64,000 nucleotides of DNA from Tubulanus polymorphus (lineage: Eukaryota; Animalia; Nemertea). Location of the stretch: contig NC_134026.1 of NCBI RefSeq assembly GCF_964204645.1, forward strand, positions 12,361,950-12,425,949, read 5' to 3'. Below the pieces are notes generated by a model. That model made no database searches, was not told the origin of the DNA, and saw only the letters and a program-made list of their open reading frames with translations. This document shows, piece after piece, positions 24,877-38,594 of the stretch. The translations under genes were made by a program, and so were the position numbers. Within the stretch, counting starts at the first letter, position 1. Each line of letters begins with the position of its first letter.

Positions 24877-26094
24877 CAGGGATGTAGCCATGAAATTTGA
24901 TTGGTCAGACAAGGGCCCAATATTAAGTGGTTTGGGGGGGGGGCGGAAGCGGCGCAGCCGCGAAGCGATGGACGGGTGTCTGAAAATTTTTGAATTGATT
25001 ACATGCTATTTCCTGCAATCCAATCTAGAGCTCAAAATGGAACCTCATTTACACAAATTTTGACTCTTGATTGGTGGTTTACATAATGGAGAGTTGAAAA
25101 TGACAAATTAAAGTATTGTTTTCATCACTAAAGGACTCATGAAAATTTATTCATTCAAGAATAATGTACATCAAAAAAATCTAATGTCTTCACTGTCAGG
25201 TTAAAATATGAAACTAGTGGTTTATCGAAATCCTAGAGAACAAGTTTGATTTTAAGAAATTGCACTGGGACTGAATACTTTTTCAATACTGTTGTATGTT
25301 TCACTCAAAATATAGCCATAATTAACAAAATACTTTCATCGAAATTTAGCAGGCTGTAAAGAGAGATGGTCTAAACATTCATTCACTGTAGTCATGGAAT
25401 GAGATCGCAAGAGACATAGAGGCCCGTTCGTAGCCACTCTTTTGGGTGGGTTTGAGATTTTAGAGAGGGTGGAACTTATTTGAATGCGTCCGTGGCCAAT
25501 GCGAGAGCCTACGGCGCGAAGCTCCTTCAGGGGGTTTCTTTGAAAATAGTAACGTTCTAGATGCATTTTCGGGCAAATTTTAGTGCATTTCGTATAGAAA
25601 TGTCACTGAAATTAATCTTCGAAAAATATTCAGAATAAGTTTTTATTAGGTCTTAGTCCAACAACATATACTGGAGTCTCGTCCATCGTTCATGGAGACT
25701 GGCCAATTTTTTGATAACAGTCTATGTCTATATAATAGTTATATGAATGTGAGCAAGTGCGAGAGAAGAGAGATGTGAAGTCAAGTCTAAGAAATTTTCT
25801 TCGACAAAAAATAGTGGAACTCTAGATTTTGTTCGCACCAAACGCACTCCTCCCACCTGGGTACGGGCCTGATATAATCTGGCTGAGCTGTACCAAGGGA
25901 AACCATAACCAGCCTAAGACCTAATTTATTGTCAAAACCGCGTCAAATACCCGCCCGCCAACTTTTTCTACGATTTTACATCTACATGATTTAATCAATT
26001 TCTGACAACGTTTTTGCATTTTTTGAGCCAATCTACGCGAGATCCCAAAAACTGTGTACGGTATCGACCTGTCGGAGCCGTGGCTACGTCCCTG
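24877..26094. mobile_element. hAT-type MITE with 5-bp TSD
   Basis: TIR cagggatgtagcca / tggctacgtccctg; tattt at 24872-24876 and 26095-26099. Confidence 0.65.
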
Positions 26095-26559
26095 TATTTT
26101 ACTTCGAGAATTCACCAATAATTAACAGCGGTAGAGTAGATTTAGGCCCAAAACAGAGTACATAAGGCTCATGGGTGGACGATATAGCGATATAGTAGAT
26201 TGTACAATCGATATTAAGCCCTGTTTCCCGAGACGTAATGAGATTAATAGTTTATTGCAAATCATGTGTTTTTATTTTGAAGAAATGTTTGTATGAGATC
26301 ATTATTTTAAAGGGAAATTTCAATACAAGCATTAAGAGAAATGAACCTTTCTGTATGATAATCGAGTTATCGACCATTTTGAAATCGGCCAAAACGTGAG
26401 TATAAAGTGAATTCCGAATATTCTCTAACGTAATCAGCAGGTTTCCAACGTGGTGACTCAACACTGGACAACATACTCAACATGCTCATTTCGTATGGTT
26501 TAATCGTGTTTGATGAAGGCAAGAAAAAGAAAAGATGTTCATTTTATATGGTTTCCAGT

Positions 26560-27240
26560 TGATGAGGAAAAGAAAAAGAAGTTGCTTTGTGCCTTTATTG
26601 ATTTCTCTGAGGCGTTTGATGCCGTGTGGAGGGGGCTGGCCTTGAAACCTTTTAGATGACGGGATATGATGGGAAAGTGCCCAATGTTATTGAAAACACA
26701 TATACATTTGAATATTGTAGCAATGTAAATGCTTCAGGATTTGGTTTCTTCCCGTGTGGTAAAGGTGTCAGACAAGACAAGAAGTTAATCGACGCCGTTT
26801 TTCCTCGTATCTAAGCGATTATCGGATTATGTATTCAGTAACAACATTTAGGTGCTCATTGAAGTAAGTGTAAGGATAAATTCCTCATCAGTGTATTTTA
26901 GAGACCACCGCAACTTAATAATCAAATACTTTGCTTAATAAACAAAGAAAATCCAATTTTCCCAAGTAAGTAACGTAAGTTCAAACATAAAGATCAAGTT
27001 TAAGCTGCTGCAAATCTGACTGCTAAAATCCCATGCAGTAACGAGGATTATAAATCGTATTTAATGGGTTGAAATTGAAACTGGTGTTATCGATCTTTTA
27101 ACAAAACCTTTGATGTATATATTTAATCTAAGCTTATCGTCTGGTGTTTTTCCAGTGCACATAAGATCGCCCAGGGTTGTCAAATTCTTAAAACCAGCGC
27201 TTATAATTTTTTTTTTACAAACTACCACCCCATCTCATGT
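26560..27240 (+). pseudogene. Highly decayed LINE RT fragments
   Basis: KKKLLCAFIDFSEAFDAVWR, FFPCGKGVRQ and LTKPLMYIFNLSLSSGVFP...NYHPIS are readable in short stretches. Confidence 0.6.
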
Positions 27241-28199
27241 AAACATGATGTGATGATTTACGGTGTGGATTGATCTTAATATATTCCAAAGTCTGATCAA
27301 AAATATTTGACATTAAATTCAGGACAAAAATCAGCTGATCGACCAAATTTCCCTAATGATGGGATACTATACATGCATTAAACGAACAAAGATAGCCACC
27401 AGTCAGCCATTTTATTTTTATCCGATGGTTGATCAAAAAGTGAGAAAGGATTTGAATGTTTTCATCGCATCTCGCGCAGACATCATTTAGTTGGACACGT
27501 GTCAATATGCAAATGTTCAGTTATGTCAGTTTCAGGTGAGTTTGTGCAAACCATAATACCCTGCATAACTTGAAATGAGTGTTACCTATGCATAGAACCG
27601 TCGCCTGGCACATTTCAAGCATTCATATTTCTTAATATAATAAAGAGAAACCAAAAACAAAAATTAACAAGGGTTAGTAAAATCTGAACCACTTTTGGAA
27701 TCTAGGTTTATTAAACACAAACATTACGTAAGAATATGTACAGCAATATAGATGACAATTATACGAAGGTTAGCTAGCCCATGAAATACCGGGCCTCAGA
27801 TAGTTTCATTACAATCAGCAAAAATAGACCTTTCACTGTCATTACGTGGTGAACTCCTAACTTTCAATTTACCAAAAATGAATAAAAGTCCGCATCAACT
27901 AATTGCTCTATCTATTAACTCAGATAAACATTACCGCATCAAATACATGACATTGTAAAATAGCAATAGATCCTAATGAAATTTGACATTTCATTGATTT
28001 GTTACGGGGTTTGTAATAACGTAAAAACTTAGTCTTTGAACACGACACCCTGTAGTATGCTGATTGAGCTTTGGTGATATACATGGTTATGTGCATGTAG
28101 CTCATGCCAAAATAATCAATAAATGTATATTCTATATACATTGAATTTGCATGCTGAAGGGCTCCCCAAGTGATGTAATAATTTAAGAAACAAGTTTAA

Positions 28200-29606
28200 A
28201 GGGTAACTGACACTTTTTTAAAGATTTTCTACTTTTTACACTTAACGATATATCATAGTATACAATAAGACTAGGTGATTTCATAATTGGAAAAATCTTT
28301 TCAATCTAGTCAGAATTGATGATTTTGATGTTCGCGCACCTGTTCAGTGTATACATTGCTTCTGCTGAACGCGTGGTACTGTGTCTATTGATAGAACTAC
28401 GTCACTAAAGTGACGGCTCGGAAATTATGTCTATAGAAATGAATTGGAAATAAGCTTCAAGAGCAATTCAACTTGATTTTATACCTATTTGGCATTTCGA
28501 ATTGAGACAAAATGCCTCTTGATTTTGAAAGTCTACATATTAATGATTATAATTAGCTATTGAACGGACCATATCCGTTCGAACTAAGCGCAAAAATAGG
28601 ATTTGAATAGCAATCCATGGAATTTTCTAGTAGACAGCAAGGAACACGGATGTTTAAATCATCGTTTTGTATTATCATTTAGTGATAGTAAGTAAGATCA
28701 TGGTTAGATCTAAGATTATTTTGACTAACTGATGAAACTTAGACACAATTAGCCGCAAGAACAATTTCAATTCTTTTTTGTAATAAACCTGTATTGGTAG
28801 CGGCTTTGGTCACAAAATTAGAATATTTCCTCATCCATCATCCTATTTTAAAACTTAGAAATAATGTTTGTGAAAGATTTGTGATGTAATCTATCAAAAC
28901 TCTTCTGCAGCGTGAAACTTAAACATTATTCCTTTGAATATTTGTTGTAAAGGCTGTAGAAATTCATTGAATGTTTTTGAAGTATTAGTTTTCAAACTAC
29001 TTAGTCTTAAATGACTATGAAAAATAGTAAATAGTAAACGAATATGAATCCATTTATTCTTTAGCGAGATCGAAATCTGTGATCGCTTATAATACATTGT
29101 ATAGTATGCTTGTGGTGCTGAACTATAGGTGAACTATGGAGCAGCAGTAACCAGTGCTGAGAGCTTAGGATAGTGTACTTTAATAGCTTCATCGCAACGG
29201 ATTGAAATCTGGCTCTTCAATTTGATCGATTTAGCCTATTCAAATTACTCACTGATTCTTTGAAATAGGTTTATGCAATAGACAATAGATCCCTGGCCAG
29301 TTTCAAAGCTGTAAAACAATCTGGCATCGAGATATAACAGAAAATACACGCAGTTTCCTCAAATTCAACGCATTTCTATAGACGCTATTTCTCAGCTCTG
29401 CCTTTAATGACGTTGCAGCGGCACCTGCTGATTCAACCGACGCTGAACAGTGAGCGATGTAAACAACGAAATGAGGTCAAAATCTTGTTACAAAATCACA
29501 AATTGCGCGTAAACTAAACATTTTGGAACAGAACGGTTGAAGATGAGTGTATAAGATCAATAGAAATACATCATATTTTGAAATAAAAAAAAGTGTCAGT
29601 TACCCT
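28200..29606. mobile_element. Kolobok-like non-autonomous DNA transposon
   Basis: Perfect TIR agggtaactgacactttttt / aaaaaagtgtcagttaccct, TTAA at 28196-28199 and 29607-29610, RR termini. Confidence 0.8.
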
Positions 29607-31730
29607 TTAAGCATCGATTAGTAGAATGCGGGAAAATTTATTGAGATTTTGCTTATTTCTTTCCTGAATTTCCGAATGACACCGGACGAAACTTTCTATA
29701 ATTTCAACAACTATTTACCTCCTAATGACTAAATAGCAGCTGTGTATATCCAGATTGAAATTTCCTGTCTCCAAGAGCTAGCAGAAAGTTATTCCCAGAA
29801 CCATAGTCAGTGATCAGCGCAGTTGAGAAGAAATATGTAACAGAAATAAGAACAAAATGCTGACAAATTTTATACTGATATGACTAGATGATCAATGGCA
29901 TAGCTGTAAAGAACGCTTAACAAGAGAAATAGCATTTCATAGTGGAGGAATCGGGATGATGAAAAGTTTATTCGTTAGTAGTATCCGTCGAAAAGAGGCA
30001 CCTAAAATGAATAAGCATCAGCTCTCTTTGCGTTGGGTTGAAATTTAGCTAGTTTTAGATAACATCTTTGGCGATGATCCACTTAAGAAGTAAGTCTTGA
30101 AACCTTCGGACGAAAAAAGCGTTGCTGATGTGTATATCATGATGTCATGATATTTTGAAGTAAATTGACTCAATTGAAATTTCGTCCTAATGCTCCAAAT
30201 AACATTACGCCAACGAAAGAGTGGGATATGAACAAAAAATAGCACGGCGTGGAATGGCGTTCTTCTACTTCAATAAATACGACTATATGACATTGTAAAA
30301 TAGGAATAGATCCTAATGAAATTTGACATTTCATTGATTTGTCTTTTTTCAAGTGTAACTAAGTGCTACAATTCAAGGAGTTACCATATAATCTAAGCCT
30401 GAATCCGTGGATCAACATTTTACTCTGCAGCGATGACCGAGTAATGATCTCCCTCGTATGAAGTAATTGTATATAGCAACAAAATATTTTCTAACGAATA
30501 CATTACATGGCCATTATTCAGTTCTGTAATGAAATACGCGGCTTATTACGCGCGGAATACGATTCCGCGCCGAAACCCCGATCTCAGTACGGATCTGAGT
30601 TGGCTGCGTATTTTCTGTAGTGTGAACGCATATTTGGCGCCTAGCTAGCCGCGTACAATAGACTCAACACATACACTCCCATCTATCGGCACACCGGGTG
30701 ACTACTATATTGGGCTTACTAAGTGCTGAATTGCCGACGCTACGTGTGAATGTAACTGAATGTGTAAGCGCCATATTTCGGTGAATTCAGCACCAGCGAT
30801 TGGCAGGGAAGTACGGTAGCTGTACTTCATAAGCGCCAAATCTAGTGTGAACGCGGCGAAGCCGACAACGCGCGAGCGCCGTGCGCGCGGTGGCTCTCCC
30901 CAGAAAAAATTTGAAATTCATACCCCGGAGTTGCGTTCTAGACGTTTCTGAGCTCAAATGTCAGTGTGCTCGAAGCCATACGACTCGAGACGGTATGAGT
31001 ATACGACGTGTCGATATTTGAGATCCAGAAAACAGAAAAATTCTTCGCTTTCATTTTTTTCTTGGATGCAGTGGAACTACAGAACTGGGGCGGGGGCTGC
31101 TTTCACCTCCCCCCGCACCATCACTTAACACTAACTGTTGAACGAAAAGGATGATAAATAAATGTATACCATGTGTCTTAACATTATGCATTTCCTTTGT
31201 ATCTTTTACGGTCTACAACATAAAAAACAATACCTACGTACTTGCCCATTGTATGAGCTTAATGCAAGAAAATGATATAATCTGAAACAATAATCGGCGC
31301 GCAGAGCTAATGGAAAACATACGATGTCTTTTAGCGACGATTTGATACAGATCGAATTATGTGCGATTAGAACGTAACAGGGCAACACCAGGAATACGCA
31401 AAAACGTTGATAAGTAACTCAAATTACATCAAAGTGCCATTGTTTAGTCAAAATAGATACATTTAGGTGTACTTTTTAAGTATGGTATGATATCCCGGCA
31501 TTAATGAATATCTGACTAACCTTTGTCGTGGATGTTTTATACAATCAATAGATATGGTAACATCTACCTCAACATTTAACAATTAACTCTACTAATAGCA
31601 GAAATCCAGTATTACATACAGACTTCATATAGATTATAACTGGTAGCTTTGTGGATAGCTGACTTTCCGTTGGCTCATTTAACGAAAGATATGCCTACGT
31701 ATATCAGCATACAGATATCGGATATTCTAG

Positions 31731-33113
31731 CTATTGTGTATCACTCGTTGTTCTGGTCAGAATTACTTGACGAATGTGCGGATCAGAATGTTCCTGCATG
31801 GTTGAAGCAAGGCTATGGCCGCCAGGGGTGTGTATATCGGTCTGTAATGTCGATGAAAAACTACACCGACCCGCGGCTGGCTGACCTTCAACTGACCCGG
31901 GCTGTCTTGGCTCAGACGTGCAACTCCGTCTTCGTCTGTTGCCAAAACGGAAATACCCGCGTAGAACCTCTTTAGCTTTGTTTGACATTTGCCAAAGAGC
32001 AAACAAGATTGGGTTAAAACACGTACTTGAAAATCCGACCCAAGTGCACGCGATGTAGGTGATATCGATATAATGAGATTCGATTGTTGTCTCCTCTGGA
32101 GCGATAAATGGCAGCATCACGTACACTATTTGTAGAGGGCACCATGCCATGGCAAACAGAATAACCATGGTTATCATATATTTCTGAGTGCGTTTTTCTT
32201 TGTAGGCGTCGATATCGTCACCACAATCGCTTACTTCATAACGGTGATCGAAATGATTTACTTGGGACGAACCGATACTTTCGCCATCGAGTTCAATACG
32301 CCCGTCCCAGGTAGCGTATGTTGCGTGTGAATGATATGACGCTTCACTCCGTAGTATTTCTTCCTCCGCATGGCCGTCCGAACAACTACAAATCCTCGTT
32401 TTTATCTCCGCTGATATCCTGACACATAGAAATGCAATAATCGCCAACGGCATAGCGTACAGAGCCACGAAAATGCCCCTCACATATGCCTTATATGGTT
32501 TCTCTACGGGAAAGTAGCATATACCGATACCTTCGAATTGAGGAAGTAGCCGCCCAATATCGATATAAGTTGGGAACATCGCCAGCGGTATGACCAACAC
32601 AACGGACAGTGCCCAAACGGCGATAATACAAACGATTGCCGGTACCCGTTGTTTTGTAGGATGTATCACGCAGCGAAAACGGTCGACGGTGATCAGTACG
32701 AATGTTAGCATCGATATGTGCAGTTGAAGACTTTGAACCATTGGCAAAAAGAAGCACATGAAACTGCCAAATACCCAGTTCTGCAGGAGCAACACAGACA
32801 CAGACATCGGCATGACAACAAGAGCTTTGAGGACGTCGGACAAAGCTAGGTTACCAATCAGTAACATTGTTGGATTATGATAGAGTCTCCGTATAAGAAT
32901 TGTAAGAAGCAATATGAAATTACCTATAGCTCCGATCAAACCGATCACACAAAATACAAAGATAATGAACGGGTATACAAACCGTAACTCGTGATTTATT
33001 TGATGCCACTGCCATGATCCGTTAGCACCTATGCCTAATCTGAGAAATCGAGCAAGCTCTGCGTGGTCCTCATAATCTTTGTCACCATACACAGCGGTAC
33101 TTAATCGATCCAT
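31731..33113 (-). CDS. Class A (rhodopsin-like) GPCR, neuropeptide receptor of the NPY/sNPF/PrRP-related group; intronless
   Basis: Intact 460-aa ORF with seven hydrophobic segments: TM1 GN, TM2 NLALSD, WVFG-xxMC, TM3 DRF, TM4 W, ECL2 Cys (GICY), TM5 P, TM6 AWCP, TM7 NPILF; N-terminal NGS sequon. Confidence 0.95.
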   Translation of the reverse strand: MDRLSTAVYGDKDYEDHAELARFLRLGIGANGSWQWHQINHELRFVYPFIIFVFCVIGLIGAIGNFILLLTILIRRLYHNPTMLLIGNLALSDVLKALVVMPMSVSVLLLQNWVFGSFMCFFLPMVQSLQLHISMLTFVLITVDRFRCVIHPTKQRVPAIVCIIAVWALSVVLVIPLAMFPTYIDIGRLLPQFEGIGICYFPVEKPYKAYVRGIFVALYAMPLAIIAFLCVRISAEIKTRICSCSDGHAEEEILRSEASYHSHATYATWDGRIELDGESIGSSQVNHFDHRYEVSDCGDDIDAYKEKRTQKYMITMVILFAMAWCPLQIVYVMLPFIAPEETTIESHYIDITYIACTWVGFSSTCFNPILFALWQMSNKAKEVLRGYFRFGNRRRRSCTSEPRQPGSVEGQPAAGRCSFSSTLQTDIHTPGGHSLASTMQEHSDPHIRQVILTRTTSDTQ

Positions 33114-33885
33114 ATCTTTATATCCTCTGAATGAATCGCGAATACCGTTTTAGCAAGACTTCGAAACTTTCCCGATCAAAATAGTATCTATTTCACTCAT
33201 GCAGTATGCATAATATACTTATTTACGATTGAATGAACTTGCACGCACGCCATGTACAACGGCTGAGAACAAACATTGTTAAACACACTTGTATCCATCG
33301 CGTTAGCAGTCATAATTTGAGCGGAATCTTTCGCATGTCTCGATCTTATTCTCGCCACGGAGGCTACGAAAAGGCAGTACTCTCTCGTTATTTCTGTAAC
33401 ATAAACAACACCAAGGATATAATATCGGAAGAATATTCCGCATTAACCTCAAATGTGCGGCTCACTTGCTGCCAGAACAACATCACCGAGGAACACGACA
33501 AGAGCTAGTGTTAAATGAGCAGACCTACGTTAATCAAATTCACGACGCGAGCACAATGTATGATGCAGAGAGTGAACGAAAGAGAGAGTTGAGAGGTGGG
33601 AAATTTTGACAAAGCCAAAAAGAAAGTGACACGCGAAAATGGTTTCGTCACCCGTAGCGATATAACAATAACTACACAAACGTAATTGGGGTGATGTATT
33701 GAGAACCCAAATTTCTCAACTCTTAAACTGCCAACAAAAATAATAAACACTCAACCACAAGTATCAGGCTGTCAAACAATGATCGTGAATACTGAAATGC
33801 GCTCTAGATCTATATCCATATCCACTGGCTATTTTAGACAGTGTTTTCACAGTGTTATATGTTGTATAGTATAGTGTATTATCCT

Positions 33886-33996
33886 GGGCCCGGTTTTATA
33901 AACTGGTATTACCTTTTACCCTGGGGTAAACTCAATTCATTATCAATTGAGTTAGCCCCGGGGTTAAAGGTAATACCAGTCTATAAAACTGACCCC
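33886..33996. mobile_element. Hairpin MITE (Harbinger-like) ~770 bp upstream of the GPCR ATG
   Basis: ggcccggttttataaactggtattacctttt...actcaatt / aattgagtt...aaaggtaataccagtctataaaactgaccc folds back almost completely; CTG at or near both ends. Confidence 0.7.
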
Positions 33997-34816
33997 CTGG
34001 GATTGTGCTGGATTGAAATAACTAGCACCATAAAACTATCCATACATCCCTAATTCCCCTTGGGTATGGACCTAGCAGGTAACGCGTTCATGTTAGATCA
34101 ATGTTGTGTCTTTATTTTTCTTATATTTGAAGGTTGCAGAAAGACGTTATCACGATGTGATGGGAAATTACCTTTGGAATGTACTATAACCGTTAGAGTT
34201 GACGTTGTTCCAACAATTACCTTTTACCAAAGCAGCGAAACCAACATGGGTGTAATGTTCATCAAACCATAATCCAACCAATCTCCAACCATCTACTATC
34301 GATGCCAGCGTATAACTGTTATATGAAAATCACAATAGTGTTTGGCCGAAAAATGATATCGTCTTTCTTATTTTCTCATCCCCTGAAACTGACCTGACAG
34401 GCCCGTTTATTTTCATTTATTTAAAAAGATTTAATCTTCGGAAATATTGACCAAGGTAGTATTTTTATTCTTAATATAAATATTTAGAAGCAATCCTTCT
34501 ATGTTGTTTTTTTTAAAGCTAAGATACCCAGCTTTTACAAGTAAAATATGCAATTAAGAGGTGTGCGGTCGTACACTCACACCAGAATCGAGGAATCACT
34601 ACTAAATGCACGCTCATTTAATGAAAACATTGTCAAAAATTCTTTCAAGGTCTTCAACGAGCCTTGAACATCTTGGTTTATTGACACAAAGGACCAAGAC
34701 AGACAGGTCTTGGGTGCCTGTGTCCAATTTCACACACAACAACACAACATTTAATATATTTTGTCAAACGAATCCGACACAACTACGCATTGCTTACTCG
34801 TCACTGCTCAACGATC

Positions 34817-35535
34817 TTATTGTCCCCCGCGCGGCGTAGGCCGCGAGCGGGGGACTTGGTATCCGCCTCCGTCCGTCCGTCTTTCCGTCCGTCCGCATGA
34901 GCTTGTGAACGCGATTCAAGAAGAACCGTTGATCGCAGGACTACGATATTACACAGTATGATTACCCCTAGCGAGAGGATGTGCCCTAATGATTTTGGGG
35001 TCCAAGGACCAAAGGTCAAGGTCACTACACGTCATTCACGTGAAACCTTGTGAACGTCATTCAAGAAGAACCGTTGATAGCAGGACCATGATATTACGTA
35101 GTATGATTACTCCTAGGGAGAGGATGTGCCCTATTGATTCTGGGGTCCAAGGATCAAAGTTCAAGGTCACTACTGGTCATTCATGTAAAACCTTGTAAAC
35201 GTGATTCAAGAACCGTCGATAGCAGGACCATGATATCATGTAGTATGATTACCCCTAGGGAGAGGATGTGCCCTATTGATTTTGGGGTCCAAGGACAAAA
35301 GGTCAAGGTCACTACAGGTCATTCATGTGAAAGCTTGTGAACGTCATTCAAGACGAACCGTTGATAGCAGGACCATGATATTACGTAGAATGATTACCCC
35401 TTGGGGGAGGATGTGCCCTATTTAATCTGGGGTCCAAGGATTAAAGGTTAAGGTCACTACAGGTCATTCATGTGAAACCTTGATATCATTTCTATCGCGG
35501 GGGACATAGATACGTGGTATCGAATTGCCTTGTTT
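34817..35535 (+). mobile_element. HINE-like element with four ~145-bp tandem repeats
   Basis: 5' tgtcccccgcg with partner gcgggggac, (gtcc)n microsatellite, units starting tgtgaacg.../tgtaaacg... at ~34904, 35049, 35194, 35336, 3' subTIR cgcgggggaca, ends in ttgtt. Confidence 0.8.
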
Positions 35536-38500
35536 TATTTTATTGTAACGGGTCTCTGCGCCCAAGGCTTATCCACCTGGTCGGTAGCGAGAAACAAGGT
35601 ATCAATTTTTTCATATATAATATAAATATAATATCTTCTAAGACAAAATTGCGAACGTGAATGCACACAGATGTAAAATCAACATTTTACGTTATCACAT
35701 ACTTAGATAACATATGATTATTATTATTGTCTTCATGGACTATCGCTACGAGAAGGCGTCACTTCAGCTATTTCAGCTATTACAATTTTTAACAGTTAAA
35801 AATGCCACCGATACATAACTAATGAATTGAAGAAAGTCTTAACGCCACGCGGTTAAGGAATCCTCGAAGCAAAATGCGCGAGTGCGGATACTTTTCCAAA
35901 CGTAGGGTAGAATCCCAATATTCTGACCAAGTTTGTCATTTTCGATACAGAGACTATAACTTTCTCAAATACATGGAACATGATTATTAAACATAACAGT
36001 TGTGTTCATTAATACTGGTATCTATTTTGAATATTGTAAACTTTTGTATCGACGATGACGCCCCGCACCTGTCCTCAGATTTTCAAACGTATCACCACCT
36101 GGCGGGAAGATCCGCAAGCACATCGATTAACCCAGTTCAATAAGATAAAAAGCCATACTATGTTATGAAAAATTAATTGTTCGGAAAGAAAAGAACGTTT
36201 GAAACGCGTGATGTCAACGGTTACATCGAACCTTGAAACCAACGTCAGAAACACGGATAAAAAACAAGATAGAAAATTAACGTTTTATCCAAAACTGTTT
36301 GTCACTTACATAAATACAACTTCCACGAACGATCGTGAACGTCGTAGGAACGTGATGTGTGACTTGGGCTGGTGACAAATGTAACGCATGCTCGTCCCAT
36401 CTTGATTCGTGCATGCGAGCTATTGCTATATAGAAAAATGCCCCTTAGTGCTGAATGCTTTTACTTGTAGTGGCAAAAAATTAGCGGCGGTCGATAGGCT
36501 TTAGGCAAATGAAAACATTCAATTGTGTGTATTGCAGATCCAACACTTACAACCCCACGGACATTCGGATTTCTGCTGTTGATATCTGCAAAGGGCTTTC
36601 TCTAATTATCAGAAGCATCAATGTGGGGAAATATAGTTGCTAGATCACACAAGCCCGAAACCGTATAGAATAATTACAACTGATGGTTTATTCCCTCCCC
36701 GCTTCCAGCCAATCTGAGACGCTTCGCGATGACAAAATTGGCGTCGAGAAACAACTTCTGATAGAATACTGGCTATTTCTTTCGCGAGCATATTTTTCTC
36801 CGTCAATCATCACGCCACTTTTTGAAGGGAAACCTTTCTTCCATAGCACTTTTCGAAATTGTTTTCTAATAACGAAAATGAATTGTACCGAAATGGATCT
36901 ATGGAAGAAGTATAAGTCAGAAGCCATTATATGCTTACAAGGATGTGGAGTCGAAGAGAAAAAGAAGCCATATCATTGTGGGTAATGATGTTACGAGTAT
37001 TATACGCGTACATAGGCCTTTATTACGGGAAAGCATTTCTTATTATGATCACCGATTTTTATGTGTCTAAAATGTCAAATATAGCATGAAACTACGGAAT
37101 AACCAACAAATAAATCATAACACAGAAAGCTATATTAAATTGAAGTGGTGTTTTTCATTCAGTAGATGAATTAAATAAAGATTTGGGCCGTGTTTCGACT
37201 ACATACAACTAGGACTTGTTGGCAAGGTGAAATTGGTGCCAGTGTTTACCAGAATTAGGCGCGAAAAACGTACGTGATAAATGATTGTCCTGAAATAATA
37301 GATTATATCTGAATGTAAGTGAATAATATGTGACGTTTTTCTTCATCTGAATGACCGTGGATTGCTAAATCATCGGGTAAACTTGTAAAGATCTCGTGTC
37401 TGAACGACTAACCAAGATTCTTCTATACATGACTTAATCAACCACAAATCTGAAAGTCTACCAATTTACGACGATTGATTTTTTTTCCATTCGTCTGACG
37501 TTTTATACCTCCTGTACACAAGCATACGTTCAGAGTACCCCCTGCGTTAGTCAGCAACCTGTCTGTGGTTTAGTTTCACGATCGGATATTTTCACAACCA
37601 CAGTCAGGAATGGAAAGGTCATTTTTCAATGACATTTTCTGAGTCAATTTGACTCACGAGTAATTTGCCTGGCATTTTCTGGTCTTTTGAGATATCTGTC
37701 TAATTTCTGTTGTAAACAACGAACAACAGATTCGATTTCTGTTCGATACCTATAACACCTCACCTGACGATCTTAATCCATGTGCAAATCGGCCGTCAAG
37801 TGAGAGTAAATTTCCGTCGATTCAACAGTGGCCATTTTGAAAACTTGTGGAGAGTGTTCTTTGGCACCTGTGTAAACTAGAATTTATCATTTCATTATTT
37901 ATTATGAAAAACACGAAGATTTGAAATGTTGAATGTTGGAAAACCATCAAAAATGAAAACTGTCGTTTCGTTTTGGAAGTTTAATATAAATCCTCGTAGG
38001 TCACCTTGTCTATCGTGTCACATGTATGAAATACAGAGAAATGGCGGCCAATAGTGGAATTTGTGGAGATATCAATTAATTTAATTTCTCAAAAAAATAT
38101 TGATTGATCACTCGAAACATACATAAAATTGGATTATTTCGAAAGGTACGTGTGTTTGTTTGCGAATGAAGCCATCAATTGTGGAGTGAGGTCAATAGGG
38201 AAGTATATTTTCGAAGTGATACTATTTTCCACCATGTTTTGGCCCTTGTCATACCTAACGTTGGTATAAGCCCATCCGATTATAAAAAGCTTACCACACA
38301 ACAATTAGGTAGCCTAACTAACTACCCCTACCCAAATGTGCGGCCGCATTCCTATTACTTCAACGTACACTGTGAAATAATCGTATGGAGGCCCAACATC
38401 CAGGCACAAATTAAAAGTAGAATTGTTCATAGAATTTTGTGGTTTCCCTGGTTGTTTCATTTCTTGCTTGTTCAGTTTATCTTAATTCTGACGCATAGCT

Positions 38501-38556
38501 TTTGTTTATGTCCTGTGAGTTTATATGCTACGTTACTTCTATATGATCTGGTCAAT

Positions 38557-38594
38557 CCACCTGATGATGGCTGTCAACAGCCGAAACGTTGTGG
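38557..38594 (+). ncRNA. Minimal type I hammerhead ribozyme (intact core)
   Basis: CCAC-CTGATGA-T-GGCTGT(ca)ACAGCC-GAAAC-GTT-GTGG: stem I, CUGANGA core, stem II, GAAA, palindromic AACGTT stem III; predicted cleavage after 38590. Confidence 0.8.
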
